Below, one piece after another: positions 19,339 through 29,771 of a DNA stretch of 64,000 bases; position 1 is the first letter of the stretch, and every line of letters starts with the position of its first letter. Source of the DNA: Nitrospirota bacterium. Its GTDB lineage: Bacteria; Nitrospirota; UBA9217. Below the pieces are notes generated by a model. It made no database searches. It saw only the letters and a program-made list of their open reading frames with translations, and was not told where the DNA came from. A program made the translations under genes and the position numbers. Where the stretch lies: NCBI GenBank assembly GCA_963840455.1, contig CAWIYV010000014.1:224001-288000 (forward strand), given 5' to 3'.

Positions 19339-19366
19339 TTGACAAGATAAGGTATTTTTGTATAAT
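19339..19366 (+). promoter_or_regulatory. sigma70 promoter of glyQS
   Basis: TTGACA, 16 nt spacer, TATAAT. Confidence 0.75.
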
Positions 19367-19427
19367 AGCACTCTATTTTTTCAGTACATTCCGATTCCTT
19401 CTCGGTTTTCCGAACAGAGGAAATAAT

Positions 19428-20297
19428 TTGACATTTCAAGAGCTTATACTGACCTTGCAGGATTACTGGGCTTCGAAGGGCTGCGTCATTCATCAGCCCT
19501 ACGATATTGAGGTCGGTGCAGGTACCTTCCATCCAGCCACTTTTTTGCGCGTGCTCGGGCCCGAGCCCTGGAGCACGGCCTACGTTCAGCCCTCGCGCCG
19601 GCCGACCGACGGCCGTTACGGCGAGAACCCCAACCGGATGCAGCACTACTATCAGTTCCAGGTGATCCTGAAGCCCCATCCGCAGAATGTCCAGGAACTT
19701 TACCTCGATAGCCTGGTCCGGCTCGGCATCAACCCCCTGAAGCACGACATCCGGTTCGTCGAGGATGACTGGGAATCGCCGACCCTCGGGGCATGGGGAT
19801 TGGGCTGGGAAGTCTGGCTGAACGGCATGGAAGTGACGCAGTTCACCTATTTCCAGCAAGTGGGCGGCATCGACCTGAAGCCCATCTCGGCCGAACTCAC
19901 CTACGGCATCGAGCGGCTCGCCATGTACCTGCAGGGCGTGAACAACGTCTTCGACCTCGCATGGACCAAGGATGTGAAATACGGCGATATCCACCATGAG
20001 ACCGAGGTCCAGTTCTCGAAGTACAATTTCGAGCTCTCGGATCGGGAGATGCTCTTCCGGCAGTTCGAGGCCTACGAGAAGGAATGCGAGAAGCTGATCA
20101 AGGCGGGCGTGGTGTTCCCGGCCTACGATTACTGTCTCAAGTGTTCGCACACGTTCAATCTCCTTGATGCGGCAGGCGCCATCAGCGTGACCGAGCGGAC
20201 CGGCTACATCGGCCGTGTCCGGAAGCTTGCCCGGCTCTGCGCCCATGCGTACCTGGCTGACCGGGAGGCGAAGGGCTTTCCGATGTTGAAAAGATAG
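19428..20297 (+). CDS. glyQ: Glycine--tRNA ligase alpha subunit
   Basis: TTG start (MTFQELI), [33 protein letters not shown]. Confidence 0.97.
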   Translation: MTFQELILTLQDYWASKGCVIHQPYDIEVGAGTFHPATFLRVLGPEPWSTAYVQPSRRPTDGRYGENPNRMQHYYQFQVILKPHPQNVQELYLDSLVRLGINPLKHDIRFVEDDWESPTLGAWGLGWEVWLNGMEVTQFTYFQQVGGIDLKPISAELTYGIERLAMYLQGVNNVFDLAWTKDVKYGDIHHETEVQFSKYNFELSDREMLFRQFEAYEKECEKLIKAGVVFPAYDYCLKCSHTFNLLDAAGAISVTERTGYIGRVRKLARLCAHAYLADREAKGFPMLKR

Positions 20298-20359
20298 AAT
20301 CAAAGCGTATTCCCGTGTTCATCTGTAGTTAATTTGCTGTCGATGGTATCGAGGTAATC

Positions 20360-22438
20360 TTGGCAAAAGAGTTCCTGCTGGAGATAGGCACCGAAGAGAT
20401 TCCGTCCCGCTTCGTCGGCCCCGCGCTGGAGAAGATGAAGGAGCTGTTCAGCCAGCTCCTCGCGTCGGGCCGCGTCGGCTCATCGGGCGAGATCAAGACC
20501 TACGGTACGCCGCGGCGCCTCGTCCTGCACGTCCCGGAACTGGATGAGCAACAGGCCGACATGTCCAAGGAAGTGCTCGGCCCGCCGAAGAAGATCGCTT
20601 TTGACGCGGACGGCAAGCCCACCAAGGCCGCGCTCGTCTTCGCTGAGAAGAACAACGTGACCGTGGACGCCCTGGGTATCAGGGCAACGGACAAGGGCGA
20701 GTACGTCGTCGCCCGCATCGACGAGAAGGGCGGCGACACGGCGGCGTGGCTCGGCCAGGTGCTTCCCGGGTTCATCCTGTCCATCCCGTTCCCCAAGTCC
20801 ATGCGGTGGATGGACAAGGACATCCGGTTCGCCCGGCCCATCCACTGGGTCCTGGCTATCTATGGCGGGGCCGTGGTGCCGTTCGAGCTGGGCGGCATCA
20901 AGAGCGGCAACGTCTCACGGGGCCATCGGTTCATGAGCCCCGGAGCCTTCATGGTCAAGGACTTCAAGTCCTACCAGCTCCAGGCCGAGCCGAACTTCGT
21001 GGTGATCGACCCCGAGGTGCGTAAGGCTCGCATCATGAAGCAGGTCGAGGAGCTGGCCAAGACGAAGAAGGGGATGGTGCTCGAGGACAGCGGGCTCGTG
21101 GACGAGGTGACAAACCTTGTGGAATACCCGGTGGCGGTCATGGGCTCGTTCAGCAAGGATTTCCTGCGCGTGCCAAAGGAGGTCCTGATCACGGCCATGC
21201 GCGAGCACCAGCGCTACTTCAGCGTCGTGGACGATCAGGGCAACCTTCTTCCCTACTTCATCACCATCAGCAACACGCGCGCCGAGGACATGGCCGTGGT
21301 CCAGGCCGGGAACGAGCGGGTGCTCACGGCGCGCATGTCCGATGCCGCCTACTTCTTCGACCACGACCTGAAGGTGCCGCTCGCGGCCCGCGTCGAGGGG
21401 CTCAAGAAGGTGACCTACCAGGAGAAGCTCGGATCGGTCTACGACAAGACCGAGCGGGTGAAGAAGCTTACCGGACACCTTGCCGCCATTATGCAGGCGG
21501 ACGCCAGGACCGCTGAGCGTGCGGCCTATCTGGCCAAGGCCGACCTGCTGTCGGGTGTCGTGGGCGAGTTTCCCAAGCTCCAGGGCGTCATGGGCAGCAA
21601 GTACGCCGTCCTGTCCGGCGAGGACCCGCAGGTCGCTGCGGCGATCGCCGAGCACTACCTCCCGCGCTTCGCCGGTGACGCGCTGCCAGGGTCGCTCGAA
21701 GGCATGTGCGTCGGCATCGCCGACCGGATCGACACCATCACGGGCTGCTTTGCCGTGGGTCTCGTCCCGAGCGGCTCCGAGGACCCCTACGGCCTCCGCA
21801 GGCAGTCCGTGGCCATCCTGTCCATGCTGTTCGACCGGGGTTTGCACCTCTCGCTCGCGGCGCTCGTTGCCGAGGCGTGCAAGGGACACGGTCTGAAGAA
21901 GGCTGACCAGGCGAAGGTGGAGTCAGAGGTCCTGGATTTTCTCCGGCAGCGGCTCGCGGGCCTGCTGACCACCGAAGGGCTCCGCTCCGATGTGGTGGAC
22001 GCGGCGCTCGCGGGGACCTTCGATGACCCGCTCGTCGCGAAGGAAAAGGTTCGGGCCCTTGACGCCTGGCGGACCTCCGACGACTACCGGCCGCTCGTGA
22101 CCGCGCTCAAGCGAGCGGGGAACATCGTGCCGAAGGATTTTGCGGGCGCGGTGAAGAAAGGCCTGCTCAAGGAAGAGGCCGAGAAGGACCTGTTCACCGC
22201 CTACACGGACATCAAGGACCGGGTGAAGGAAAAGACGGCGAAGCTCGATTTCCGGGGTGCCCTTGCCGACATAGCGTCGCTGCGGAACCCTGTTGACGCG
22301 TTCTTCGACAAGGTCATGGTGATGGACAAGGACGCCGAGGTGAAGCAGAACCGCCTGGCGCTGCTCGCCGGCATCACCGGGCTCTTCTCGATGATCGCCG
22401 ACTTCTCGCGGCTGGTGCTGAGCGCGGAGGAAAAGTAG
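20360..22438 (+). CDS. glyS: Glycine--tRNA ligase beta subunit
   Basis: LLEIGTEEIP, TPRRL, FPKSMRW, GSEDPYGLRR, NRLALL. Confidence 0.97.
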   Translation: MAKEFLLEIGTEEIPSRFVGPALEKMKELFSQLLASGRVGSSGEIKTYGTPRRLVLHVPELDEQQADMSKEVLGPPKKIAFDADGKPTKAALVFAEKNNVTVDALGIRATDKGEYVVARIDEKGGDTAAWLGQVLPGFILSIPFPKSMRWMDKDIRFARPIHWVLAIYGGAVVPFELGGIKSGNVSRGHRFMSPGAFMVKDFKSYQLQAEPNFVVIDPEVRKARIMKQVEELAKTKKGMVLEDSGLVDEVTNLVEYPVAVMGSFSKDFLRVPKEVLITAMREHQRYFSVVDDQGNLLPYFITISNTRAEDMAVVQAGNERVLTARMSDAAYFFDHDLKVPLAARVEGLKKVTYQEKLGSVYDKTERVKKLTGHLAAIMQADARTAERAAYLAKADLLSGVVGEFPKLQGVMGSKYAVLSGEDPQVAAAIAEHYLPRFAGDALPGSLEGMCVGIADRIDTITGCFAVGLVPSGSEDPYGLRRQSVAILSMLFDRGLHLSLAALVAEACKGHGLKKADQAKVESEVLDFLRQRLAGLLTTEGLRSDVVDAALAGTFDDPLVAKEKVRALDAWRTSDDYRPLVTALKRAGNIVPKDFAGAVKKGLLKEEAEKDLFTAYTDIKDRVKEKTAKLDFRGALADIASLRNPVDAFFDKVMVMDKDAEVKQNRLALLAGITGLFSMIADFSRLVLSAEEK

Positions 22439-22492
22439 GGGCCAGAAGCCGGGAGCCAGGAGAACTTCCTCTGGCTTCTGACTTCTGGTTTC

Positions 22493-22683
22493 TGAATCCA
22501 GGAGCGAGCGCATCCCCCGCAGCTTGCTGCGGGATAGCGAGCGATTAGGATAAACCTACCCTGAGGATCGAAGCTCCAGGCCTCTTGCAGGAGGGAGCTT
22601 AAATCCAGGAGCGAGCGCATTCCGCAACGATAATATTCATTGAGGATCGAAGATTCCCTGCAGCTTGCTGCAGGGAGCTTCAA
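22493..22683 (+). mobile_element. Palindromic non-autonomous element (IS200/IS605-end-like), composite copy
   Basis: TGAATCCAGGAGCGAGCGCAT...GATCGAAGATTCCCTGCAGCTTGCTGCAGGGAGCTTCAA; five related copies in the window. Confidence 0.75.
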
Positions 22684-22719
22684 TTCTGACGATGTAAATC
22701 AGGCAGGGAGGAGCGTACC

Positions 22720-25404
22720 ATGGCAATTGCAAAAAAACTCATCTATTTCTTCGGGAATGGAAAGGCCGACGGGACCGGGACCATGAAGGACCTGCTCGGC
22801 GGGAAGGGCGCGGGCCTCGCGGAGATGACGAACGCGGGCGTCCCGGTGCCCCCGGGGTTCACCATCACGACCGAGGTATGCAACCTTTTCTACGACCTTG
22901 GCAAGCGCGTGCCTGAGGGGCTCGACGGCGAGATGCGGGACTACATGAAGAAGATAGAGGACGCGCTGGGCGGCAAGTTCAAGTTCGGCGACCTTGACCG
23001 TCCGCTGCTCGTGTCGGTGCGGTCAGGCTCCAAGTTCTCCATGCCCGGCATGATGGACACGGTGCTGAACCTGGGCCTGAACGACAAAACGATCAACGGC
23101 CTCATCCGCATGAGCGGCAACGAGCGGTTCGCCTGGGACGCCTACCGGCGGTTCATCCAGATGTTCGGCAACGTGGTGATGGGCATCGAAAAGGACGCCT
23201 TCGAGCACATCATCCACGACGTGAAGAAGAAACGGAAGCTCAAGCTCGACATCGATATGACCGCCGAGGACCTGAAGGGGCTCGTGGCCAAGTTCAAGGC
23301 AAGGGTGAAGCAGATCGCGAAGCGCGATTTCCCGCAGGACGTCTGGGAGCAGCTCATCATGGCCCGCGACGCGGTCTTCGGCTCCTGGAACAATCCCCGC
23401 GCCATCACCTACCGCAAGCTGAACGACATCCCGGGCAACCTCGGGACTGCCGTGAACGTGCAGGCCATGGTCTTCGGCAACATGGGCGAGACCTCTGCCA
23501 CGGGCGTAGGCTTCACCCGCGACCCATCGACGGGCGCCAAGGTGTTCTACGGCGAGTACCTGACGAACGCCCAGGGAGAGGACGTGGTGGCCGGCATCCG
23601 GACGCCGCACCCCATTGCGGACCTCGAGAAGGAGATGCCCGAGGTGTACAAACAGCTCCGCGAGATCACGACCAAGCTCGAGCGCCACTACCGGGATATA
23701 CAGGACTTCGAGTTCACCGTGCAGGAAGGCAAGCTCTTCATGCTCCAGACCCGGACGGGCAAGCGCACGGCCCATGCCGCGGTGAAGATCGCTGTGGACA
23801 TGGTGCAGGAGGGCCTCATCACGAAGGAGGAAGCGGTGCTGCGCGTCGAGCCTGCCTCACTCGACCAGCTGCTCCATCCTGTCATCGACCCCAAGGCGAA
23901 GGTCGAGGTGATCGCCAGGGGCCTGCCGGCCTCCCCGGGCGCCGCATCCGGCAAGGTCGTGTTCACGGCCGACGAGGCGGTCCGGCTCGCGAAGACAGGG
24001 AAGGTCATCCTGGTTCGCCCCGAGACCACGCCGGACGACATCCACGGCATGGACGCGGCCAAGGGCATCCTGACGGCTCGGGGCGGCATGACGTCCCACG
24101 CGGCCGTGGTCGCCCGCGGTATGGGCAAGCCCTGCGTTGCGGGCTGCGAGTCCATCCGCGTGGACCTTAAGGCAGAGAAGTTCTTTGTCGGCAAGTACAC
24201 CGTGAAGGTGGGCGACTTCATCACCATCGATGGCGGCACGGGCCGCGTCATCGTCGGCAAGGTGCAGACCAAGGACCCCGAGGTGAGCGGCGATTTCGGC
24301 ACGCTCATGAAGTGGGCCGACGAAGTTCGCACCATGGGCGTCCGGGCCAACGCGGACATCCCGCGCGACGCCAAGATGGCCCGGCAGTTCGGCGCCGAGG
24401 GCATCGGCCTCTGCCGCACGGAGCACATGTTCTTCGCCGAGGACCGGCTGCCCATCGTGCAGCAGATGATCCTCGCCAATACAACAGAGGCACGCGAGAA
24501 GGCGCTGAACAAGCTGCTTCCCATGCAGCGGTCGGACTTCAAGGGCCTCTTCGAGGCCATGGCCGGCCTGCCGGTCACCATCCGCCTGCTGGACCCGCCG
24601 CTCCATGAGTTCCTGCCGAAGCGTGAGGAGCTCATGGTCGAGATCGCGGTGATGCAGGCCAAGAAGGCATCCCGGTCGGTCATCGCCAAGAAGGAGAAGC
24701 TCCTCCACCGCGTCGAGGAGCTCCACGAGTTCAATCCTATGCTCGGCCACCGCGGCTGCCGCCTCGGCATCGTGTACCCCGAGATCACGCGCATGCAGGT
24801 CCGGGCCATCATCGAGGCCGCCTGCGAGCTCGCGAAGAAGGGCAAGAAGGTCGTGCCGGAGATCATGGTGCCGCTCGTGGGCATGAAGAAGGAGCTGGAG
24901 CACCAGAAGGAGCTCATCAAGCGCACGGCCGACGAAGTGATGCAGAAGAAGGGCGTGAAGATCGAATACATGGTCGGCACGATGATCGAGCTGCCGCGCG
25001 CCGCCATCGTCGCCGACGAGATCGCCAAGGCTGCAGAGTTCTTCTCCTTCGGCACGAACGACCTGACCCAGACCACCTTCGGGTTCAGCCGCGACGACGC
25101 GGGCAAGTTCATCAATTATTACACCGAGAACGGCATCATGGAGAAGGACCCCTTCCAGACCCTGGACATAGAGGGAGTGGGCCAGCTGGTGAAGATGGGC
25201 GTCACCAAGGGACGCTCGACGCGCAAGGACCTCAAGGTCGGCATCTGCGGCGAGCACGGCGGAGACCCGGCGAGCGTGGAGTTCTGCTTCAGGGTCGGCC
25301 TCAATTACGTAAGCTGCTCGCCCTTCCGCGTGCCCATCGCGAGGCTGGCGGCCGCCCAAGCCAAGCTCAAGGAAAAGGGCGTGGGCGGTTCAGGGACGAA
25401 GTAA
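22720..25404 (+). CDS. ppdK: Pyruvate, phosphate dikinase
   Basis: LLGGKGAGLAEM, SVRSGS..SMPGMMDT, GGMTSHAAVVARG, GIGLCRTEHM, SFGTNDLTQ. Confidence 0.97.
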   Translation: MAIAKKLIYFFGNGKADGTGTMKDLLGGKGAGLAEMTNAGVPVPPGFTITTEVCNLFYDLGKRVPEGLDGEMRDYMKKIEDALGGKFKFGDLDRPLLVSVRSGSKFSMPGMMDTVLNLGLNDKTINGLIRMSGNERFAWDAYRRFIQMFGNVVMGIEKDAFEHIIHDVKKKRKLKLDIDMTAEDLKGLVAKFKARVKQIAKRDFPQDVWEQLIMARDAVFGSWNNPRAITYRKLNDIPGNLGTAVNVQAMVFGNMGETSATGVGFTRDPSTGAKVFYGEYLTNAQGEDVVAGIRTPHPIADLEKEMPEVYKQLREITTKLERHYRDIQDFEFTVQEGKLFMLQTRTGKRTAHAAVKIAVDMVQEGLITKEEAVLRVEPASLDQLLHPVIDPKAKVEVIARGLPASPGAASGKVVFTADEAVRLAKTGKVILVRPETTPDDIHGMDAAKGILTARGGMTSHAAVVARGMGKPCVAGCESIRVDLKAEKFFVGKYTVKVGDFITIDGGTGRVIVGKVQTKDPEVSGDFGTLMKWADEVRTMGVRANADIPRDAKMARQFGAEGIGLCRTEHMFFAEDRLPIVQQMILANTTEAREKALNKLLPMQRSDFKGLFEAMAGLPVTIRLLDPPLHEFLPKREELMVEIAVMQAKKASRSVIAKKEKLLHRVEELHEFNPMLGHRGCRLGIVYPEITRMQVRAIIEAACELAKKGKKVVPEIMVPLVGMKKELEHQKELIKRTADEVMQKKGVKIEYMVGTMIELPRAAIVADEIAKAAEFFSFGTNDLTQTTFGFSRDDAGKFINYYTENGIMEKDPFQTLDIEGVGQLVKMGVTKGRSTRKDLKVGICGEHGGDPASVEFCFRVGLNYVSCSPFRVPIARLAAAQAKLKEKGVGGSGTK

Positions 25405-25485
25405 TGTTACATTAACGAATTGTGAGGGCGGCCCTCCCTGGGCCGCCCTTCGTGTTAGCGGTGAGGGAACGGCGGTGGAGTGAAA

Positions 25486-25899
25486 ATGCAGGATGGCAAG
25501 ATACGATTAGCCGACGTAAAATTCAAAGCTGTCATTGTCGGCGCTGTCGCGGACAACGCCGGGACCCTGCTCGTCATGACGCTTCTGGCCGCAGCGCTGG
25601 TGTCAGCGGGCCTTTCCGAGGACGAGGTCATGAGCCGGATGAAGAGCACGAGCGGCCTGCTCCTTGGTCTCATCATCGGCATGGGCTTCACAGTGCTCGG
25701 CGGTTATATCGCGGGCAGGATCGCGCGTCAGCATGAACGCACGCACGGCGCGCTGGTCGCGGTCATCGGCATGGTCATCGCGCTGATCTTCCGGGATGGC
25801 GGCGACCCGGCGTGGTTCGACATCGCGGGGTTCGCCGGCATGCTCCCGGCGGGGATTCTCGGCGGTCGTCTGGCGTGGCAGCGGCGCACACCACGCTGA
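25486..25899 (+). CDS. Hypothetical four-TM membrane protein
   Basis: Four hydrophobic helices, GGYIAGRIA motif, SD GGAG. Confidence 0.7.
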   Translation: MQDGKIRLADVKFKAVIVGAVADNAGTLLVMTLLAAALVSAGLSEDEVMSRMKSTSGLLLGLIIGMGFTVLGGYIAGRIARQHERTHGALVAVIGMVIALIFRDGGDPAWFDIAGFAGMLPAGILGGRLAWQRRTPR

Positions 25900-25988
25900 A
25901 TGATCCGTGCCTGTACGGCATCTCTGCGCCATTCTTTCCAAAAGGGTCAATAGGATATCGAGACTGCTCGAAAACGTTACAACGTACG

Positions 25989-26020
25989 AAAAGGGCGACC
26001 AAGTGGCCGCCCTTTTCTTT
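25989..26020. terminator. Bidirectional terminator between convergent genes
   Basis: AAAAGGGCGACC-aagt-GGCCGCCCTTTTCTTT. Confidence 0.7.
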
Positions 26021-26062
26021 GTCGTCATCATGGTTATCGTCAGACATGCAGGATGTTAGCGT

Positions 26063-26512
26063 TTACTTCCTCCTGTACTTTCCCATCAGCTCCGCCTGTG
26101 CCAGGACATGTCCCTTCATCGCCTTCTCCAGAGCTCCCTTGGTCGTGCCGGAACCAAGGTCGAGCAACACATCCAGTGCGTAGAGCTTGAAGAAGTACCG
26201 GTGCGTGCCGGAAGGCGGGCAGGGGCCGCCATACGGGGTCTTCCGGAAGTCGTTGACCCCCTGCTTCGCTCCGCCAGGAACGCTGTTCTCCCCGATGTCC
26301 CGCGTCTGCGGGTCGATGTTCCAGACGACCCAGTGCACCCACATCCCTCCGGGAGCGTCGGGATCATCCATGATGAGCGCCAGGGACTTGGCCTCAGGGG
26401 GAATGTTGCTGATAACCAGAGCGGGGTTCACGTCCGTTCCGTCACAGGTGAACTTCGATGGGATGAACTCCCCGGTCTTGAACGCGGGACTTGTCATCGT
26501 GAGCGTAGCCAT
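26063..26512 (-). CDS. YbhB/YbcL family PEBP (Raf kinase inhibitor-like) protein
   Basis: DDPDAP, WVHWVVWNI, YGGPCPPSGTHRYFF. Confidence 0.93.
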   Translation of the reverse strand: MATLTMTSPAFKTGEFIPSKFTCDGTDVNPALVISNIPPEAKSLALIMDDPDAPGGMWVHWVVWNIDPQTRDIGENSVPGGAKQGVNDFRKTPYGGPCPPSGTHRYFFKLYALDVLLDLGSGTTKGALEKAMKGHVLAQAELMGKYRRK

Positions 26513-26618
26513 AGTTTCTCCTTCCCTATCTATATAGTATCATAGCATATACTTTTGAACGGGACGGGATTGCATGAGCGGGCATTGACAGCCGAGTAGC
26601 AATTACATTATAGTTATT

Positions 26619-26718
26619 GCGAGAGTGGATAGTGAAGGCGCCCATCGTGCCGATTGGCAACTCGCGGGGACCACGGGCTCCAAGGCAGTGCGGGTGCAAT
26701 GCCACATCGTCCGTTCGC
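26619..26718 (+). ncRNA. Candidate structured RNA upstream of ribD (family not recognised)
   Basis: TTGACA-N18-TATAGT promoter at 26585-26614. The 5' and 3' ends pair and enclose two hairpins (three-way junction). Confidence 0.45.
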
Positions 26719-26748
26719 GTAAGATGGTTTAATGTTAATATCATGCTT

Positions 26749-27852
26749 ATGACAAATCAGATTGACGAAAAATACATGCTCCTGGCGCTGCGGCTGGCCG
26801 AGAAGGCCAGGGGCAGGACCAGTCCGAACCCTATGGTCGGTGCCGTGGTGGTAAAGGACAAGCGCGTTATAGCCACAGGCTACCACGAGCGGGCTGGCGA
26901 GCCCCATGCGGAGGCCATCGCGCTTAGGAAAGCAGGTGCGGCAGCGAAGGGCGCCACACTCTACGTGACTCTCGAGCCCTGTTCGCACTTGAACAAGCGG
27001 ACGCCGCCCTGCAGCCCGCTCGTCATCCAGAGCGGCGTGAAGCGGGTCGTGATCGCCATGATCGATCCGAATCCGAGGGTGTCCGGTGGCGGGGTTCGGG
27101 CCATCAGGAAGGCGGGTGTCGAGGTCGTCACCGGTGTTCTTGAGCTGGAAGCGAGTCGGTTGAACGAGGAGTTTATCAAACACGTCACGAAGAAAGTCCC
27201 CTTCGTCACCCTCAAGATCGCCCAAACCCTGGACGGAAAGATAGCGACGGCGACGGGCGAATCAAAGTGGATCACCGGCAAAGAGGCGCGGGAATCGGGG
27301 CACCGTCTTCGCGACCGGAATGACGCGATCCTTGCAGGAATCAACACGGTGCTCAAGGATAACCCATCGCTTACCGCGAGGATCGCCGGAGGCCGCGATC
27401 CGCTCCGGGTGATCGTTGATAGCGCGTTGAGGATTTCCCTCAAGGCCAAGGTCATTACTCAGACGTCAGCCGCTCGGACCATCGTGGCCACGCTCGCGAA
27501 TGCGCCAAAGGAAAAGATAAAAAAACTTCAGAGCGCGGGCGCGGAGATAGTGCTCGTAAAGAGCGACAAGGGCCGCGTTGACCTTCGCGACCTCATGAGA
27601 AAGCTCGGCAGGATGGACATCATGTCGGTGCTGGTGGAGGGCGGCGCTGAGATCCATGCTTCTGCTCTCAGGTCCGGCATCGTGGACAAGGTCGTCATGT
27701 ACATTGCACCCACGCTCATGACGGGGTCTGATTCTCTTTGCTCCATTGGAGGAGTGTCACCAATAAAGCTCGGTCATGCCATCAGGCTGAAGAATATCAC
27801 CTCACGCTTCGTCGGGCAGGACATCATGGTCCAAGGATATATAAGGAAATAG
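26749..27852 (+). CDS. ribD: Riboflavin biosynthesis deaminase/reductase
   Basis: TSPNPMVGAVVV, PHAE, TLEPCSH...TPPC, TLDGKIA, VEGG. Confidence 0.95.
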   Translation: MTNQIDEKYMLLALRLAEKARGRTSPNPMVGAVVVKDKRVIATGYHERAGEPHAEAIALRKAGAAAKGATLYVTLEPCSHLNKRTPPCSPLVIQSGVKRVVIAMIDPNPRVSGGGVRAIRKAGVEVVTGVLELEASRLNEEFIKHVTKKVPFVTLKIAQTLDGKIATATGESKWITGKEARESGHRLRDRNDAILAGINTVLKDNPSLTARIAGGRDPLRVIVDSALRISLKAKVITQTSAARTIVATLANAPKEKIKKLQSAGAEIVLVKSDKGRVDLRDLMRKLGRMDIMSVLVEGGAEIHASALRSGIVDKVVMYIAPTLMTGSDSLCSIGGVSPIKLGHAIRLKNITSRFVGQDIMVQGYIRK

Positions 27853-27923
27853 GAGACAGGAGACAGGAGACAGGAACTTACACTCCAGGCGTGCTCTCCG
27901 AAGTACTAGGCTGTTATTGCCCC

Positions 27924-28601
27924 ATGCATCCCACCGTTCTCGATATCAAAAAGGCTCTTAACGACCACACCATCACCCATATCCTCCTCGATATGGACGG
28001 GACGCTCTTGGACAAATATTTCGACGATTACTTCTGGGAGCACCTTGTACCGGAGAAATATGCGGACAAGCACGGCATCACGTTCGGGAAGGCAAAGGAG
28101 GACCTCCTCAAGAAGTACAAGTCCCATGAAGAGACCTTGAACTGGACGGACATCGACTTCTGGTCCGGTGAGCTGGGCCTCGACATTCTTGCGCTGAAGG
28201 AGCAGATCCGGCACCTTATCGAAGTCCATCCCCATGTAGAGGCTTTTCTGCAAGTGATGCGTTCCCGCAGGAAGCAGGTCTATATCGCCACGAACGCCCA
28301 CGACAAGGTCCTGGCCATGAAGCTCAAGAAGACGGAGATCGGGAAGTACCTGAACGGCGCGATCACGTCGGCCGAGATGGGTTTCCCGAAGGAGAAACTT
28401 GAGTTCTGGCGGCAGGTGGAAAAAAAGCTCGGGTTCCACAAGGAAAAGACCTTGTTCGTCGATGACACCCTCGCCGTGCTCAGGACCGCGCAGGAATACG
28501 GTATCGGATATATCGTATTCAAGGCACGGGGTAATTCCAGGATGCCGCCCGTGCACAGTCCGGATTTCACGACAGTGCTGGATTTCAACGAGTTGCTGTA
28601 G
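27924..28601 (+). CDS. HAD-family hydrolase (YrfG GMP/IMP nucleotidase-like)
   Basis: LLDMDGTLLDKYFDDYFW, TNAH, GFPKE, FVDD. Confidence 0.88.
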   Translation: MHPTVLDIKKALNDHTITHILLDMDGTLLDKYFDDYFWEHLVPEKYADKHGITFGKAKEDLLKKYKSHEETLNWTDIDFWSGELGLDILALKEQIRHLIEVHPHVEAFLQVMRSRRKQVYIATNAHDKVLAMKLKKTEIGKYLNGAITSAEMGFPKEKLEFWRQVEKKLGFHKEKTLFVDDTLAVLRTAQEYGIGYIVFKARGNSRMPPVHSPDFTTVLDFNELL

Positions 28602-28636
28602 CCGTTGCGGAAATATCTGGTATAATACAAACCACC

Positions 28637-29686
28637 ATGAATCCATTCAGAAAAAAGACCCTCACGGGAATGTCACGCACCTGCGGTTGAGCGGCGAAGA
28701 TCGGTCCGGCGGACCTGTCGGACGTGCTCTCAACGATCTGTCCCGTTCATGACCCGAACCTGCTCGTGGGGTTCGAGACGAGCGACGACGCGGCCGTCTA
28801 CCGTGTCGCGCCGGACCTTGCCGTCATTAGCACGGTGGACTTCATCACGCCGCCGGTGGACGATCCGGTCTGGTTCGGCAGGATCGCGGCCGCCAACGCG
28901 CTGTCCGACGTCTACGCCATGGGCGGACGGCCTATCGTTGCCCTGAACCTGGTCATGTTCCCGTCGAAGAAACTCGATATTGGCCTGCTTAAGGACATGC
29001 TGACCGGGGGCTTCGAGAAGGTGCAGGAGGCCGGGGCGGCCCTCGCCGGCGGCCACTCGGTGGACGACCTGGAGCCGAAATACGGGCTCGCCGTCACCGG
29101 GACCGTCCATCCCGACAGGGTCCTGACGAATGCGAACGCGAAGCCGGGCGACGCGCTGGTCCTGACCAAGCCGCTGGGTACGGGTGTATTGTTCAACGCC
29201 TGCCGCTCGAAGAAGCTGCCCTTCCGGGAGTTGGAGCCGCTCCTGCCGAAGATCGCCGCGCTGAACAAGGCCGCGATCGAGACGGCCCTCGCCTTCGAGG
29301 TCCATTCCTGCACGGACATCACGGGATTCGGCGTGCTTGGACATACGCTGGAGATGGCCAAGGGGAGCGGGGTCCGGATCCAGCTCTCCTATGACAATCT
29401 GCCCTTTCATCCTCATGCGCTGGAAATGTATCGGAAGGGTGAGACCACGGGGAGCAACAAGTCGAACCGGAAGATCGCCGATGGTTTCTGGGAAAAGGAG
29501 CTTCAGCTGGACCGCCATGCCGAGGAACTGCTCTTCGATCCCCAGACCTCGGGCGGACTGCTGCTTTCGTTGCCTGCGTCGCAGGCCGGTGAACTGGTCA
29601 GGAAACTGAAGCTTGCTGGCGTGGAAGATGCCGTGGTCGTTGGAGAGGTCGTTGCCGGGGAAAAACCTGCCATCGTGGTCCTGTAA
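28637..29686 (+). CDS. selD: Selenide, water dikinase with in-frame UGA (selenocysteine)
   Basis: MNPFRKKTLTGMSRTCG-TGA(28688-28690)-AAKIGP is in frame with DDAAVY, ANALSDVYAMGG, DPQTSGGLL. GGTCC-ggc-GGACC hairpin downstream of the UGA. Confidence 0.93.
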
Positions 29687-29771
29687 ATGTCCCTTTTCCC
29701 TTCATGTCTGATGGAGCTTCCCCGGGAGCAAGCGTACGCGGCGAGAATGACTTGCCGGTCGTCAAGGTTTT

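Noticed and set aside
26617-26748. FMN riboswitch, or N-terminal extension of RibD
   Set aside because: FMN consensus blocks are absent. The ORF-track extension has no RibD similarity and overlaps the promoter-proximal structured segment.
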